From contig NW_026860870.1 in NCBI RefSeq assembly GCF_026571515.1, positions 62,001 through 126,000 on the forward strand: DNA of 64,000 bases, read 5' to 3'. Source of the stretch: Ruditapes philippinarum. Lineage: Eukaryota. The position numbers were made by a program, and so were the translations under genes. Positions within the stretch are counted from its first letter, which is position 1, and the number at the start of each line of letters is the position of its first letter. Under the pieces are notes generated by a model. The model saw only the letters and a list, made by a program, of their open reading frames with translations, had not been told where the DNA came from and ran no database searches. Below are positions 25,491 through 38,617 of the stretch, in pieces.

Positions 25491-26399
25491 CTAGTTTTAT
25501 GAGGAATGAGGAGCCATTATATTATATCCAGAAGCTGTATGATAGCCTACCCCGAAGATGTCAACAAAGAAGAAATTATTAAAACTAGTTACATCACATC
25601 ATTTTTCAGGTTAGTAAATAATTTTTATAGAGTTCATGTTACGTTAACTACTGCATCGCCATTAAACAACTTGACTCATTTAGAACAGAACAGAACATTT
25701 CTTTTATTTTTCCTCATTATTTGTCAATACAATATGGGGAACATAACAAAATGTTTATAGTATATAGATCATGTATAGTTCCGGTTCAAGCCAAAAAAAA
25801 GTATAATCATTTAACACAGTATACTGCAAATTGGAGAATAAAACTTTACTAAATTACACAAAAAGAAAATACAGGTGTCTTCCAGGTGTTGCTTTACTCT
25901 AAATCGATATACACTACAGTATTGATTTATTATTCTACATTTGTGAAAAAATAAGGAGGTTGTCTATTGTAATAATTTGAACAGGTATACAACAAAATAC
26001 GCACCTGTATGTGTATAGCACGACATTAAGTATAAAACATTAGCACAAACATGTAGTAAATCTGCACGTGAAAGTCGTGCATAACAGTTATCTACAACTA
26101 AAAGAAATGTCATTCATAGATTTGAAATGTATTACTACGTGCATTGGAGAAAATCGCATTATGAACCAATTGGATTTAACTTATCGGACTATGTTGGAGT
26201 AAAATGTGAGTTATAGGAATTTATAAATCTACATATAGATAATATGTACAAATATCTGTTTAATGAGAAAATAACTTCATTTACATGTAGCTAAGAAATT
26301 ACCTAAAAAAATAAACATACAATTAAAAGGAAACAAACAAATTTACGAATGAGTAATATGTAATAATGAAATCTTGAATTAGATATTGAGGCATAAAGA

Positions 26400-28190
26400 T
26401 AATTGAAAAGTTTTTTATAATAGAATTAATGAATTTCACAAATCTCCTTAAAACATGTATGTTATTTGACCCTAATAGTGATTTCAGCGAAAGTTCGCCT
26501 TCGTGTAATAAATTTGCGTTTTGGAAAATTAACCTCTCTTTGTCGCGCGAAAAAAATACAATGTAACAAGTAATGTTGTTCGGTGCCTGTTTGATTGTCG
26601 CTACACGATGTACAAAGTCTATTATTATAAGGAGTACCATCCTATCTTCCAACTTCTACTAGAAGCCTATGATTTGATGTTCTAAATTAGAATAAAGAAA
26701 TATAATCCGATTGCACTAAAATTTTGAAATATTCTTCATAATTATGATCGTCTTTAAAGCTTTTATAATTTAACCCTTTATTTGATTGTTGAAGCTGCGC
26801 TTACGAAGACTATTTGTATTGGTCTATTAATGTTTGTTTTATAAGTTTATGTATATGCAAGTGATTTATCTGGGTCTGGTTTTGCCTAAGACCAGGGCAG
26901 CCAACAGAATTAAGAATGTCTCTTATGTATTTGTAAAGCTGTAACGATATTTTATTTTTTCCCCTTAATGGGACGATTCCAAAATGAGATCATCCTAGTT
27001 TTAATTACAGTAAATATTGGATACCGTCCAAGTTCGCCCATTATCATGTATAGGGAATGTGGTTATTTTACGTAGAAATCATTATGAACTTTTTCTAATA
27101 TATCTAAATTTTCAAATCCAAATATTTCCGATCCATATGTCAAAATAGGTAAAACAGTGTGGTCAAATAGTTCAATAATAAGATTTAGCAGTAAGTCTGA
27201 GTTATTTGATCTAGTAAACAGTAAATATATTGCCTTAGATGCTTGTTGGACTACGTGCTTTCTAGCTTTAAGGAAGGAACCATTGCTAGAGAATGTCACA
27301 CCTAAGTAATGGCAAAAATCGGATATCTAAATATTTTCATCTTCTAGATGAAATCTAAATTTCCCAGTTTGTTGAGCACCAAAAATTACTACTTTTGTTT
27401 TGTTTATGTTCACCTTTAGATGCAATTTTAACAGTAATCATTAGAATTGTTCAAGCAAATTTGGAGACTGTTAGCGGTGTTCAATAACAGTATAGTATAC
27501 AGTTATTTCATATGTGTTTCAGGAGCAGTCAAACTGTTTGCCCGAGGTGGAGGGGGTAGTGTTTTGAACTGTTGCCCAAGGCCTTAGGCCGAGGGAAACA
27601 GTTCAAAATACTATCCCCGACACCGAGGGACAACTGTTTGACTGTTCTCAAATCACATATGAAATATCTGTTTTATTACCTGATTAATTAGTGTTTTAAC
27701 AGTACATGTATTGCGGAAGAAAAAAGGAACAAGAAACTTGTTTTGCACATATGTTAATAATTAAACTTAAAACTCTAACTATGTCACGTCACATCTGGTT
27801 TATGATCAAGATCGATGGACGCTTCAAGTGGGAATCCTCTAAGACGTCAATGACGTCAGAGCACGCGAGGGAAACAGTCGAAACTATTGACCGGTCAACA
27901 GTTCGCGAATGTTGACGTTTTTAGAATTTCAGAAAACAGTTGAAAATACTAAATTACATTTATATAAGGTATCAGGTAATAATGCCGTCTGCATAGAGAA
28001 GAACAAGAAGTTTAAGCCATAGAGTAAGATCGTTGTGATCGAATAATCTAACGTTACCCAAATAGTTCCACTATTCTGTACATAAGTTTGGAGGTCATTT
28101 AAGTACATGGAAAATAGGGCTGGAGACAAATTTTCACCCTATTTCGGAAATGTACGACGCCGAGACAGCTCCATTATGTGAAATAAATTA
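26400..28190 (-). mobile_element. Decayed non-LTR retrotransposon (LINE), RT C-terminal region, interrupted by a hairpin element
   Basis: Motifs GENLSPALFSMYLNDL, LLYAD|[insertion]|TILL, LKVNINKTKVVIFG, YLGVTFSSNGSF, ILTYGSEIFG and FRTSNHRLLVEVGR, with stops and frameshifts. Confidence 0.85.
27498..27982 (+). mobile_element. Crypton-like non-autonomous hairpin element inserted in the LINE YADD motif
   Basis: ~170-bp imperfect palindrome centred on ggcc-TTA-ggcc (about 27500-27670). A short segment (ttattacctgat) is inverted at the 3' end (atcaggtaataa). Confidence 0.65.
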
Positions 28191-29164
28191 CTTTATATTA
28201 CTTGAGAAGTTAAGATGGGTGGTGAAATAACACACATTTCATCCGGTCCCTCGATCGTAACACTTGAAAATGCACGTCACGTACACTAAAGCGAGAATAA
28301 ATACATTCTGCACAGACTTTCCATTTTTATTGTGAAGGCTTTTCAATTAAGGGATTCTAACACGAATACTTAAAATTAAATATCATTATACAGATGTTTA
28401 CTCTCTCATGTGCAACAAATTAAATCAAAATAAATACATTTATACCTAACGTAATGATATTTAATTCAATCCATGCTTATTTATTTGTAATTATTGGTTA
28501 TGTAAGTACTTAATGGTTGATGAGGATAAGCTGCAATGCTTAAATCTAAAATAAATTTCTGTTCTTTTCTGTTCCGTTCTGTACTATTTACCACTTCTGA
28601 AAATTAATAACATTGATGAGATTGGTTTAAATGAAAGTAGCTTAAATTTCGATTTTCTTAATTTTAAGTGATAAACTCATGTCATGGTACTATAACGTCC
28701 CGGTTGAAGGAAATTAAATAACAACTGTCAAGTGTCAATCCGTTTGACACTTACCGCCTTGCCAATCCACTTTCAAATACCAATTGTGTAATATTATGTA
28801 ATACATGGGTAATAAAATTTATCTTTTACTCTCTGCTGTTTTAGTTTAAATTTCTAATGAAAAAGTCATTTAATGATACCTTGAAAACTTGAAATGAGGA
28901 TTTTGGTAATTGAATTATTAATCCCGCTAATTTTGTTTATCGTGTTATAAATATCAATTCATGTTTCAAGTACTAATCGCTTAAATTCATCCCAAAATTT
29001 CTGTTTTCTGGGTGTCATAACTTATAATCACGTCTTTGAAAGCCTTCAACTACGCTAAATGCGCTTTTGCCCTACGCAGAATGTGCATGCGCAAAATGCA
29101 ACATCGGTTGCTATGGAAAAATCGTACTGTAAAAAGGTCTTTATACTTCAGTGGACAGCAACGT

Positions 29165-29780
29165 AATATGTACTTTAAACGTCATTATGTTAATGTCTGT
29201 GTTAAGTTATTATGATAATATTCACTTTAAACGTTATCGTGTTAATGTCTATATTTATTTATCATGATAAAATTTACTTTAAACGTTATCATGTTAATGT
29301 CTATATTTATTCAACATGATAATATTTACTTTAAACGTTATCATGTTAATGTCTATATTTATTTAACATGATAATATTCACTTTAAACGTTATCATGTTA
29401 ATGGGTATATTTATTTAACATGATAATATTTACTTTAAACGTTATCATGTTAATGTCTATATTTATTTAACATAATAATATTTACTTTAAACGTTATCAT
29501 GTTAATGTCTATATTTATTTAACATGATAATATTTACTTTGAACGTCATCATGTTAATGTCTATGTTAAGGGGTAAAGTTAACATGATAATATTTACTTT
29601 AATCGTTATCTAGGTAATGTCTATGTTAACATGATAATATTTACGTTAAACGTCATCATATTAATGTCTATGCTAAGTTAACATGATAATATTGACTTAA
29701 CGCGTTATCATGTTAATGTCTATATTAAATTAAAATGTTAATAAATATATGAACGTTAAAACGTCATTTTGTTAATGTGA
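29165..29780. repeat. 52-bp tandem repeat with an internally palindromic unit, about 11 copies
   Basis: Unit starts at 29275, 29327, 29379, 29431, 29483 and 29535. The unit contains ttatcatgttaa and ttaacatgataa. Confidence 0.9.
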
Positions 29781-30282
29781 ATGTTTTGACTTCATAATGT
29801 AAATGTGCATGACAATAGTGTATTATATATTTGTCATTTTAATTGTGCACGTGCTGCGCCACTCGTGAAATATACCTTTTGGTGCTCACTCGGTGAAATA
29901 TATGCACGCTGGTATTTTACCGAAACAACGTAAGGGGCTTAAATTCAAAACAGTGAAATTATCAAAGTGGTAATTTCACTGTTTCAAACAGTGAAATTAC
30001 TAGTTTTATATCACTGATATATTTCTATAAACCACCGAAAAGCATGTAATAAATTACACTCATCATGTTAATATTATGTAACAATGTGGAATAATTCACA
30101 AAAACAATGATGTATTTAAGACAGTTATTATATTTATTTAAGAATCGGAGTAATGACCATGCCTCACATAACTTAACGAATAATTTATAATTAAATTCAT
30201 CATGATGCTTACACGTGTTAGATTAATATGTCGATGTGTATATCTGCTTAATTTATAACCAGTATTGTAATACATCATGTAT

Positions 30283-30840
30283 GAATAATGAGAAAATTTG
30301 TATGATTAATGAGAAAATGTGCATGATTAATGAGAAAATGTGTATGATTAATGAGAAAATGTGCATGATTAATGAAAAATGTGTATGATTAATGTGAAAA
30401 TGTGTATGATTAATGAGAAAATGTGCATGATTAATGAGAAAATGTGCATGATTAATGAGAAAATGTGTATGATTAATGAGAAAATGTGCATGATTAATGA
30501 GAAAATGTGTATGATTAATGAAAAAATGTGTTTGATTAATGAGAAAATGTGCATGATTAATGAGAAAATGTGTATGATAAATGAAAAAATGTGTTTGATT
30601 AATGAGAAAATGTGTGCATTATTAATGAGAAAATGTGTATGATTAATGAAAAAATGTGTTTGATTAATGAGAAAATGTGCATGATTAATGAGAAAATGTG
30701 TATGATTAATGAGAAAATGTGCATGATTAATGAGAAAATGTGTATGATTAATGAGAAAATGTGCATGATTAATGAGAAAATGTGCATGATTAATGAGAAA
30801 ATGTGCATGATTAATGAGAAAATGTGTATGATTAATGAGT
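30283..30840. repeat. 21-bp minisatellite (gattaatgagaaaatgtg(c/t)at), about 26 copies
   Basis: Direct periodicity; it generates the MCMINEK and MHIFSLI pseudo-ORFs. Confidence 0.95.
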
Positions 30841-31799
30841 CATGTTAACGTGTTTGTTCAATTTATCATCATGTTGATGCGCATGTTTTTATTCACTATG
30901 TAACATGCAATTTAGGTTTATCACATTAATGAGCATGTTAACTTCATAATGCTAATTTGTGTTTTGAATTGACCATGAATCTATTAAAAACTATGTTCAT
31001 TACATACGAAATTAAATGAAATTCAAATTTAAACATACAATATAACGCGTAGGTTTAAGTTAAGATGATTATATACATAGCTGTTTCGGTTTTCGGTTCT
31101 TGAAACAATTGAAGAAACAATTAAGAAACAAATGGGAGAGGATTCAAGTTCAAACGATTACGAGCTTTAAAACACGTACCGCGCAAAGTATTTTAGTAGG
31201 CTAGTTTAACTTTTAATCTGAAAAATCATCATTCTAGCAAACTTTCAAAATAAGTTCTGGATGGCGAACTTTGCAGTCGCTGATCTTGGTCGGCACTTGT
31301 CACATTGATAAAGTATTTAGCTTAGTCTAAAGATTAAACCTAAAGATAACATGCTGCTTGATTATGAGTGCTGCTTTAAAAAAAAAGAGTTCATTTAACA
31401 ATTAAATTATTACAATTTAGTTATACGGACAAATAGCTAGCAATTTCTGTATCTAATAACATCCACATGACCTTAGATCATGAACAATATCTTCAATACA
31501 AACGCCGTGCACACATTATGTGCAATTCGATTTTATGAAGTAGCCCGATATATTTTAAAAAAAGTTGAGACGTGAAACCAGGACTTTTATCAGAAGGAGG
31601 TTATAAAATTCAGACAAGAATCAACGCTTATTCTGTAGGGCTTGGCATATTTCAGGATGGGGGTCATAAGTATTTTTTTTTATAGTTATTACTAAAATCG
31701 GACTTTTATTTATGTTTATTCTAATACATATGAGCCAAATCTCAGAGGGTCATGACCCCGCCCCCCCCATCCTCCTTACCCCCTCCCATTGACTCGAGC

Positions 31800-32020
31800 A
31801 CGCATGTAGTCTGTCGGACGTAACAATTGACAACATGCCTGTCGTCGCTGTCCAAAAGTTCCCGACAGTGGCTTTGAATTCTTTCATTCAATTTAACTTA
31901 CGGAACGTTGATGGGTGTGCTCACGTGCCCGCTTTGCCTTAAATAATGCACGGCGGGGCACCAGAGGTGTTCCCATAATTGTAAATCTGGAATTCGGTAT
32001 AAGACTATAGCAATGTCTGT
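31800..32020 (+). mobile_element. Old, degenerate copy of the SINE at 48092
   Basis: Shares cccgacag..ctttg.attctttcat, cttacggaacgt, gtgcccg and aaataatgcacgg..gggcacc.gaggt with 48092-48367. Confidence 0.7.
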
Positions 32021-32690
32021 GGAACACTCGTTCATCGCGATACTACCGGAGTATCGTCGGAATGCATCTCGCATGAACTGCTATAACAGTGCCATATGTG
32101 TTCTTTACAACCTCAAGATGCTGGCAAAATAGATACGATTTAAAGTATATGCATGTATTTTATATTAGTTAATTTGTATGTTTTCCTATTAACTGCAATT
32201 TTTAATATATTCAGGGTTACTGACCCACTTTGTTTCGTGTGTTTTATATCCCTTATTCTTTAGATTACTTTCACGGATATATATATTACAAATGAGTACA
32301 TTTCTGATAATTTGTAGAATAGATGTTAATCATGGTTAATCCGTACTTCATCATCATTTAAGTAGTAAAAATGAACTGCACATGTACAAAATAGTATTCA
32401 AAATAGTGCCACCGATCGGTTTAGCAATTTAAAATAATACCCGTTTCAGTTGTGACGCGTTGTTTAGTCATTTAGAATGCTCGCACATACTCAAACAACA
32501 AAGTATGACCAACTAAATAGCTTCACAAAGTGAGATTCTTCAATATGAACCACAAAGAATAACCAAGTTTCAGAAAGAGCTAGAATTTTAAGCTAAATTT
32601 TGTAACAGTTTTTCAATTTTGTGTATTGAAGTAAAGAACCAAGAGATAAGCTTACAGCATGCTCATTAAAGTTTCCTGCTAACACAAACA

Positions 32691-32933
32691 ATATGAGCCG
32701 CGTCACAACAAAACCAACATAATGGGTTTGCGACCAGCATGGATCCAGACCAGCCTGCGCGTACGCAGAGTCTGATCAGGATCCATGCTGTTCGCTATCA
32801 GTTTCTCTACTTGTAATAGGGTTTTTAAGCGAACAGCATGGATCCTGATCAGACTGCGCGGATGCGCAGGCTGGTCTGGATCCATGCTGATCGCAAACCC
32901 ATAACGTTGGTTTTGTCATGACGCGGCTCATAT
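32691..32933. mobile_element. Palindromic MITE (~240 bp)
   Basis: Long TIRs atatgagccgcgtca...tggatccagaccagcctgcgc / gcgcaggctggtctggatcca...tgacgcggctcatat. Confidence 0.9.
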
Positions 32934-33673
32934 GTGAACACGGTAATGCGATTAAAAAAACTGTTTAAAGGCCCAATATGCCTTAAAAAAGCTACCGATT
33001 AAAACAACTGTTAAACGGCTGATAATGGCTAAAATGCTATTTGTTTTATTTCTCGAAAAGATTTTAATTTTGATATCTTGATACAGTTTCATAAAATACT
33101 TTGTGCGATATAGATGAATTATCTTTTAATTTTCATGCTCTGTTGGTAATTGGTATAATTAATTTGAATTAGTATTTTGCATGGAAGTCCATATACTATG
33201 TTTACATTTTTGCTACCATTAAGACAAATAACTACATAATTATTCAGCGCTACTTTCTTAAGTTTTTTTAAACATCTTACATCATTAAACATTATTAAAC
33301 ATGTGTTCGAAACGAAAAAAGCATCTATAATATGAACAACAAATGACAATTTGAAATATAGTTATTACTGATATTAACAACAAATTTACTATAAAGCAAT
33401 TTAAAATTGATGGTAAAGTTTAGATAAGAATGTTGGCCAAAATACCGCATAGACGATGTGTTGATCACTTGATATTATTATTAGTTTATATCGAAATATT
33501 ATCATTAGTTTATATGAAAAGTATTCATAGTATAATCACAAATTAACATCATTGAAACGGATTTAATTTAGAAACTAACAATAAGAAATTAATACAAACA
33601 ATCTACAAAAGATATTAAATTTGAAATTACAATTTTGCCACCCCAGCACTCATTGTGTATATCTGACTTCAAT

Positions 33674-34852
33674 ATATAGAGGATATTTGTTTGTTTGTGT
33701 GTAAGATGAAATTTTATTTCATTGAGTGGGCTTTAAAAACAGTATTCTCACGAGTGGCGAAGCCACGAGTGAGAATACTGTTTTTAAAGTTCACGAGATG
33801 AAATAAAATTACATCTTACACAACAAACAGACAAATTTTCTTTTTATTTTATGCTTAAAAACAAGTTAAAACGAAATCTCCATAATTTTAACGTTAATAT
33901 TAAAACTGTTTCCCCCATTGAGAGCCCCATTTATTCGGAATTTCTCATTAAAAAAAAGAAGTCTTGAGCTGAAAAATAAGTCCGCCAATCAACATTAAAT
34001 GACGGTGATATTTATTAATTTTATTAAAAAAATATGAATGATCGCTTGTTTTGATAATAAAAACAAACAATTCTTGTAGGAGAAAAAGTCCAACCATCCA
34101 TCCATATTTCTGTTACTTAGTGCGAATTTATATTAGACCTGGCTTTGTAAATTGTAAGCGGCAGCCATTTTTTAAAGTTGTGTATTTCATGGGAGGAAAA
34201 TAATTGTGTAAGATTCAGAGGGATAATAATTTGGATTTGTTAGTCATACACATTTTTAAAAGAAAGAAAACTTATTTGAGGATTGTAACAGACAAAAAAT
34301 AAGTGTTGACAGATGTGAAAACATTCAGAAAAGGAGCTAGGAAAATGGTAAACTTGGAAACCTGCTCAAGAACGCTGGGTTGATTTAACTTATTCTTCGA
34401 GTTATGGCTGTCAATGCTTTCAATTTTTCATAAAGCATACGGCAGTTATTGCTCGTAGGATACTTTAATATGCCCAAATGTCATCAAGAGCAGTTTTGCA
34501 TGGGGAAGGAATGTATTTTTGAGACTGTCAAAATGAAACAATAAAACGAAATTTGGTGATTGGAATTTCATGAATTTGGATGAATAGAAGTAAGTTTTCT
34601 TCTTTTTATAATTTTTGACATTTAAGTTATTTATCAATTTTAGTTTTGCTTTTTCTTTAAACAGTTTGACATTGTCAGATTTGTCAGCAAAAATAAAATT
34701 GAGGTACCACATGGGGAAAATCTTAAAAAAGTAGTTTCGTCATTGAAAAGAGTGAAATTATATTTTGATAATTTTCACTGTGAAATTACCAAATATAATT
34801 TTCACGGATAAATCAGTAATCCACTGAAAAGCATAAAATAAAAAGGTTATAT
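33674..34852 (+). mobile_element. Crypton-like non-autonomous element with a 5' long hairpin
   Basis: Begins atatagaggatatt, has a ~150-bp hairpin (33684-33836) closed by a GC-GAA-GC loop, and ends gcataaaataaaaaggttatat. The family assignment rests on architecture only. Confidence 0.6.
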
Positions 34853-35474
34853 CTACTTCACGGTGAATATATTAAACAGTTACTAAGAAAAAGAAAACCT
34901 GGACTGACGGCTTGTTTTAATATTCTGCCCCACGCAGATCACAAAATGTCACCATGTACAGACACCGTGTAATTACAGTGTAATAATTTAATAATCAAAG
35001 TAATAATTTGCAGTTTCCATTTCGACGCTTGTTTATTAAAACTCTACAAATAATGAAAGGTGATAACGAGTTTTGCTTTTATTATTACTACTTCATATTA
35101 CACAGGAACATAATTATAAACCATATATTTTTAACATACTTGCGTAATCACGGTCTATATATGATGCGACGGCTAGAGAAAAATAAATTTCCTCGAGTGC
35201 TTAGGGTGGTATTATATAATGATATACATGTATATCGCGTGTTCCAAAAACTGTAAAGAAAATTTGTTGTGAAACAAATTTAATAGACTCAGTAAAATAA
35301 TATTTAACTAAATCGTTTTTTTTCTTTTCTTTACTCATTTATTTGTTTACTAATATGTGAATATGAGAAATAACGTTCAAGTAGAGCTTCACTTAAACAA
35401 CATTGTTTCGGCGAAGGACCATTATAACGCAGTTGACTAGTCGATTTGAGACAATGACTCAATATGAAAATGTA

Positions 35475-35483
35475 ACCGGAAGT
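35475..35483 (+). promoter_or_regulatory. ETS-family consensus site upstream of integrin alpha
   Basis: ACCGGAAGT about 300 bp upstream of the ATG; a second ETS-like acggaaat lies near 35527. Confidence 0.35.
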
Positions 35484-35782
35484 AACAAAATGATTAATAG
35501 TGGAACTTGTTTGACATATGCAGAAACGGAAATAAGGTCTCTTTAAATGAATGAATCTTGAATCTTTAAAGGATATTGAACTTAAGAAGGTTGAAACCTA
35601 ATATCAAGTGAAAGTAATCATTTACGTGTATAACTATGTAGTGCAAAATATTATGATGGACAAAATATTTATATAAACTAAAAAATAATAAACAAAAAGT
35701 TGTTCTTGAATACGAAAAAAAACAACAACAAAAAAAAAACAAAAAAAGAACAAACAAAAAAACTGATATATTTTAGTTTAAA

Positions 35783-36006
35783 ATGGCTCGTGAAATATGC
35801 TTTGATAATGCACTTAATGTGCTTAAGTACGGTTACCTTCTGATCTTTGCTGTACAAGTTGGTATTGTTTACAGTTATAACATTGAAACGAACCCGAAAA
35901 AAGTCGGAAAAGCTCAAGGTGAAAAGAATTCCAAATTTGGATATACCGTTGCAATTGTTCGTAAACCGGGTTGGATAAATGGAGATAAAAGCTTTCTTGA
36001 TAAAGA
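35783..36006 (+). CDS. Integrin alpha subunit, coding exon 1 (signal peptide and start of the beta-propeller)
   Basis: Hydrophobic signal (YLLIFAVQVGIVYS) followed by the integrin-alpha-type mature start YNIE and the FG-GAP motif SKFGYTVA. Donor GA|GTAAGT at 36007. Confidence 0.88.
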
Positions 36007-36879
36007 GTAAGTATTGTCATCTTCTTTAAGATGTAAACATTTATTCCATACGTTTTGCATTTTGTTAATCAGATCACAAAAAAATCAGAACGGGAATACT
36101 CTATTCATGTCGGTTTTGGTATATCTCACATCTACATGTAAGACTACAGGAGTATTAGAAACGTCGGGTAAACGCTCTGCGCATGCGTGGCGGCCATCTT
36201 GGAAAAGAGTTACTTCCGGCGGCCATATTTGTCAGTTTGTGCGCGGCGCGAAGATTGTGAGCGGCAGCCATCTTGGACTCTTATTTTACCGAATGACATC
36301 ATCATTTTATTTTTAGATCTCTTGAAAGCATACAGAGGTGACTTGTATACTCGATCTAGAGCTTGTTCGCGTCCATTGAGGATCGGGGACTTGGCTCTAG
36401 ACGGGGGAAAATGCGTTTTTACGCACGAGTGATTTTATGTACAATCGGTTATAAGCGCTCGATAGACCGTCCCAAAACATCGTATTGTATCGTAAGATAC
36501 CCAACTTGACTCTGCTACGGTCGTTCGTAGGGAAGATATCGACAATGTTCTGCATGAATGATTTTATTTTTTTCTTCTCTTACACGTTAAGTGTATACAT
36601 TTTTGGTATCAGCATCTCAATTTTACGCAATTTTTCTTCTTCTCAATTAATGCATGATTTTATATTATGAAAAATTTAAATATTTTACGCTCGAGTGATG
36701 TCACTTCCTTACCCGATGTTTATCCCTCGATGTCCAACTCGTAAATAAAATGAAACTGGCGAGACATTTCACCATGAGCTATTTCATCAGTCCCCACGCA
36801 GGTGTCAACAAAAGAGGATTAACGTCACGTTCTGCGCATGTGCGTAGAGTTTACGTCACGTACAGCACATGGGGTTCGG

Positions 36880-37557
36880 CTATGTTGGATTTTATATGAA
36901 AAAAATACACATCGTTTATTTTTTTTGGATAACATCATTATTTTAATTTTCAGGAAGTGGCTTAACATTTGGGGTTAGGTCCTCGCTCCTAAACGTGGAA
37001 ATGATGAAACTTATTAAGCAGTTTAAGTAAATAAATTATCTAATTACAGATAAAGAGAACTATATACGAAATATATTGAAATATTATATACATTTATCCA
37101 TACACGCATTGAATAAAAATTACTAACTAAAATATTTTTTTATTCCATAAAAGATTAACCGAAAATATAACTTTTATCGACGATGTTAGACGTCCAGCCT
37201 TAAAAAAGACCCTAATTGCGTGTCGGTCATATTGGATTATATATGAAGAATGACACATCGTTTTATAATAAGAATGACATTATTATTTCATTATTAATAT
37301 CCCGGAAGTATACCCGATCTAGGACTAGACATTTGGGGTCAGGTCCTCGACGGTGAGATATTATCGAGAAGTATAGGCGAATTATATCTAAACATTATAT
37401 AGAATTATCCATATATTAAATCGAATTTATATAACGATTGATGCAAATTTAAATAGAAATCTTTTTATTCCATAAAACGAGAATATTACTTTTTTACCGA
37501 CGATGATAGATGTTCAGCGTTAATTAAAAAAGACCCTTATTGCGCGGCGGCCATATT
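36880..37557. repeat. Diverged ~340-bp tandem duplication inside the Polinton left arm
   Basis: cacatcgttt, catttggggt.aggtcctcg, tattccataaaa, gacgatg.taga and aaaaaagaccct.attgcg each occur twice in the same order. Confidence 0.7.
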
Positions 37558-38167
37558 ATTCGTTACTTGAATTTTTATTCCAATAGTCCTCACGTTACGA
37601 GCTTAGACGCGTTTACGCTTTTAAGTTCTTAAGGTATTTATACGAGATCTGGTACATCTCGTTTTTATCGATACTTTGTAAGATTTATTTACAACACGAA
37701 GTTTTAAGCAATTCTGATGTCCAACAATGTAATTAATTATTTATTTAAACCGCTAACTGGTAAATGCATACGGTTCATAGTATGTCATGCCTTTTTTTGA
37801 AATTCATATTACATAAAGTACATTTCTTAGTGTTACATAACATGCGAATAAAAACGGATAAAGAAGCCTACATGTACAGAAACAACCGCTTTATTTACTT
37901 CGCGCGTTCATATCTTATTTTTCTAACTTTACCAATCTTCTTTCTATCATCAAAGGGTATTGAACGATCGAAAATGTGCTGTCCGTAGTTAACCTTTCAG
38001 TGTTTAGCTACAACGGATATAATGACCGTTATCAATTTGACATGTGTCATCTCAATTATACGCGGTAAAAAGCGCCGGTTTATACTCAGTCATTTGATTT
38101 CGAATATTTGCAGGATATATATAAAAAAAACAGGAACCAAACTGTGTATAAAACTATTTAATGTTAT

Positions 38168-38470
38168 AAATCTGGAAGCAAAGTGATCCCTCGGAAGCAT
38201 TAATCACAACAAAATTACAAGAGAATTGCAGACTCGGTTTGATTGAGTCTGTACATGAGGGATAATGAAAACGTGCAACATCCCTCACGCCCCCTAGCAC
38301 CGGCTTGAGCGGTACTCAATTCTCAACACTTAGTAGTGCTGGCATCAATGATCCCGAAGAACCAGAAAAATATAGCTGAAGTACGGGCAACTTTTTACAG
38401 CTGCCACACAGCACTTGACACCTGCTGTTGTGAAGTATAAAAATCTGGAAGCAAAGTGATCCCTCGGAAG
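38168..38470 (-). repeat. About 1.1 copies of the structured 273-nt unit, with an exact 30-bp terminal redundancy
   Basis: aaatctggaagcaaagtgatccctcggaag at 38168-38197 and 38441-38470. Homologous to 11945-12345. Confidence 0.9.
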
Positions 38471-38617
38471 TTAAAACCGTTATATGCCTATTAAAATAAA
38501 TCGTCCAAATGGTACTTTTGCTACAAGACATTTTTTCATCGCTTAATTGCATATTTGACTCAGTAAAATGTTCAACTTAATACTAGTCACGAAGTAACAT
38601 GTTTACGAAGTACAATA

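Noticed and set aside
30369-30848. MCMINEK and MHIFSLI ORFs; CRISPR-like periodicity
   Set aside because: A 21-bp minisatellite with no unique spacers, in eukaryotic context with no cas genes.
32703-32885. ORF MDPDQPAHPRSLIRIHAVR
   Set aside because: It lies wholly inside a palindromic MITE.
38355-38450. Resemblance to hairpin-ribozyme loop B (ACCAG AAAAATA ... GTATAAAAAT CTGG); also twister-like TAA...GAGGG words on the other strand
   Set aside because: Key residues differ (G21, C25, U41/U42), there is no loop A partner, and it is on the strand without G-U support. The twister-like words lack the intervening P2-P4 core. No ribozyme class is claimed.
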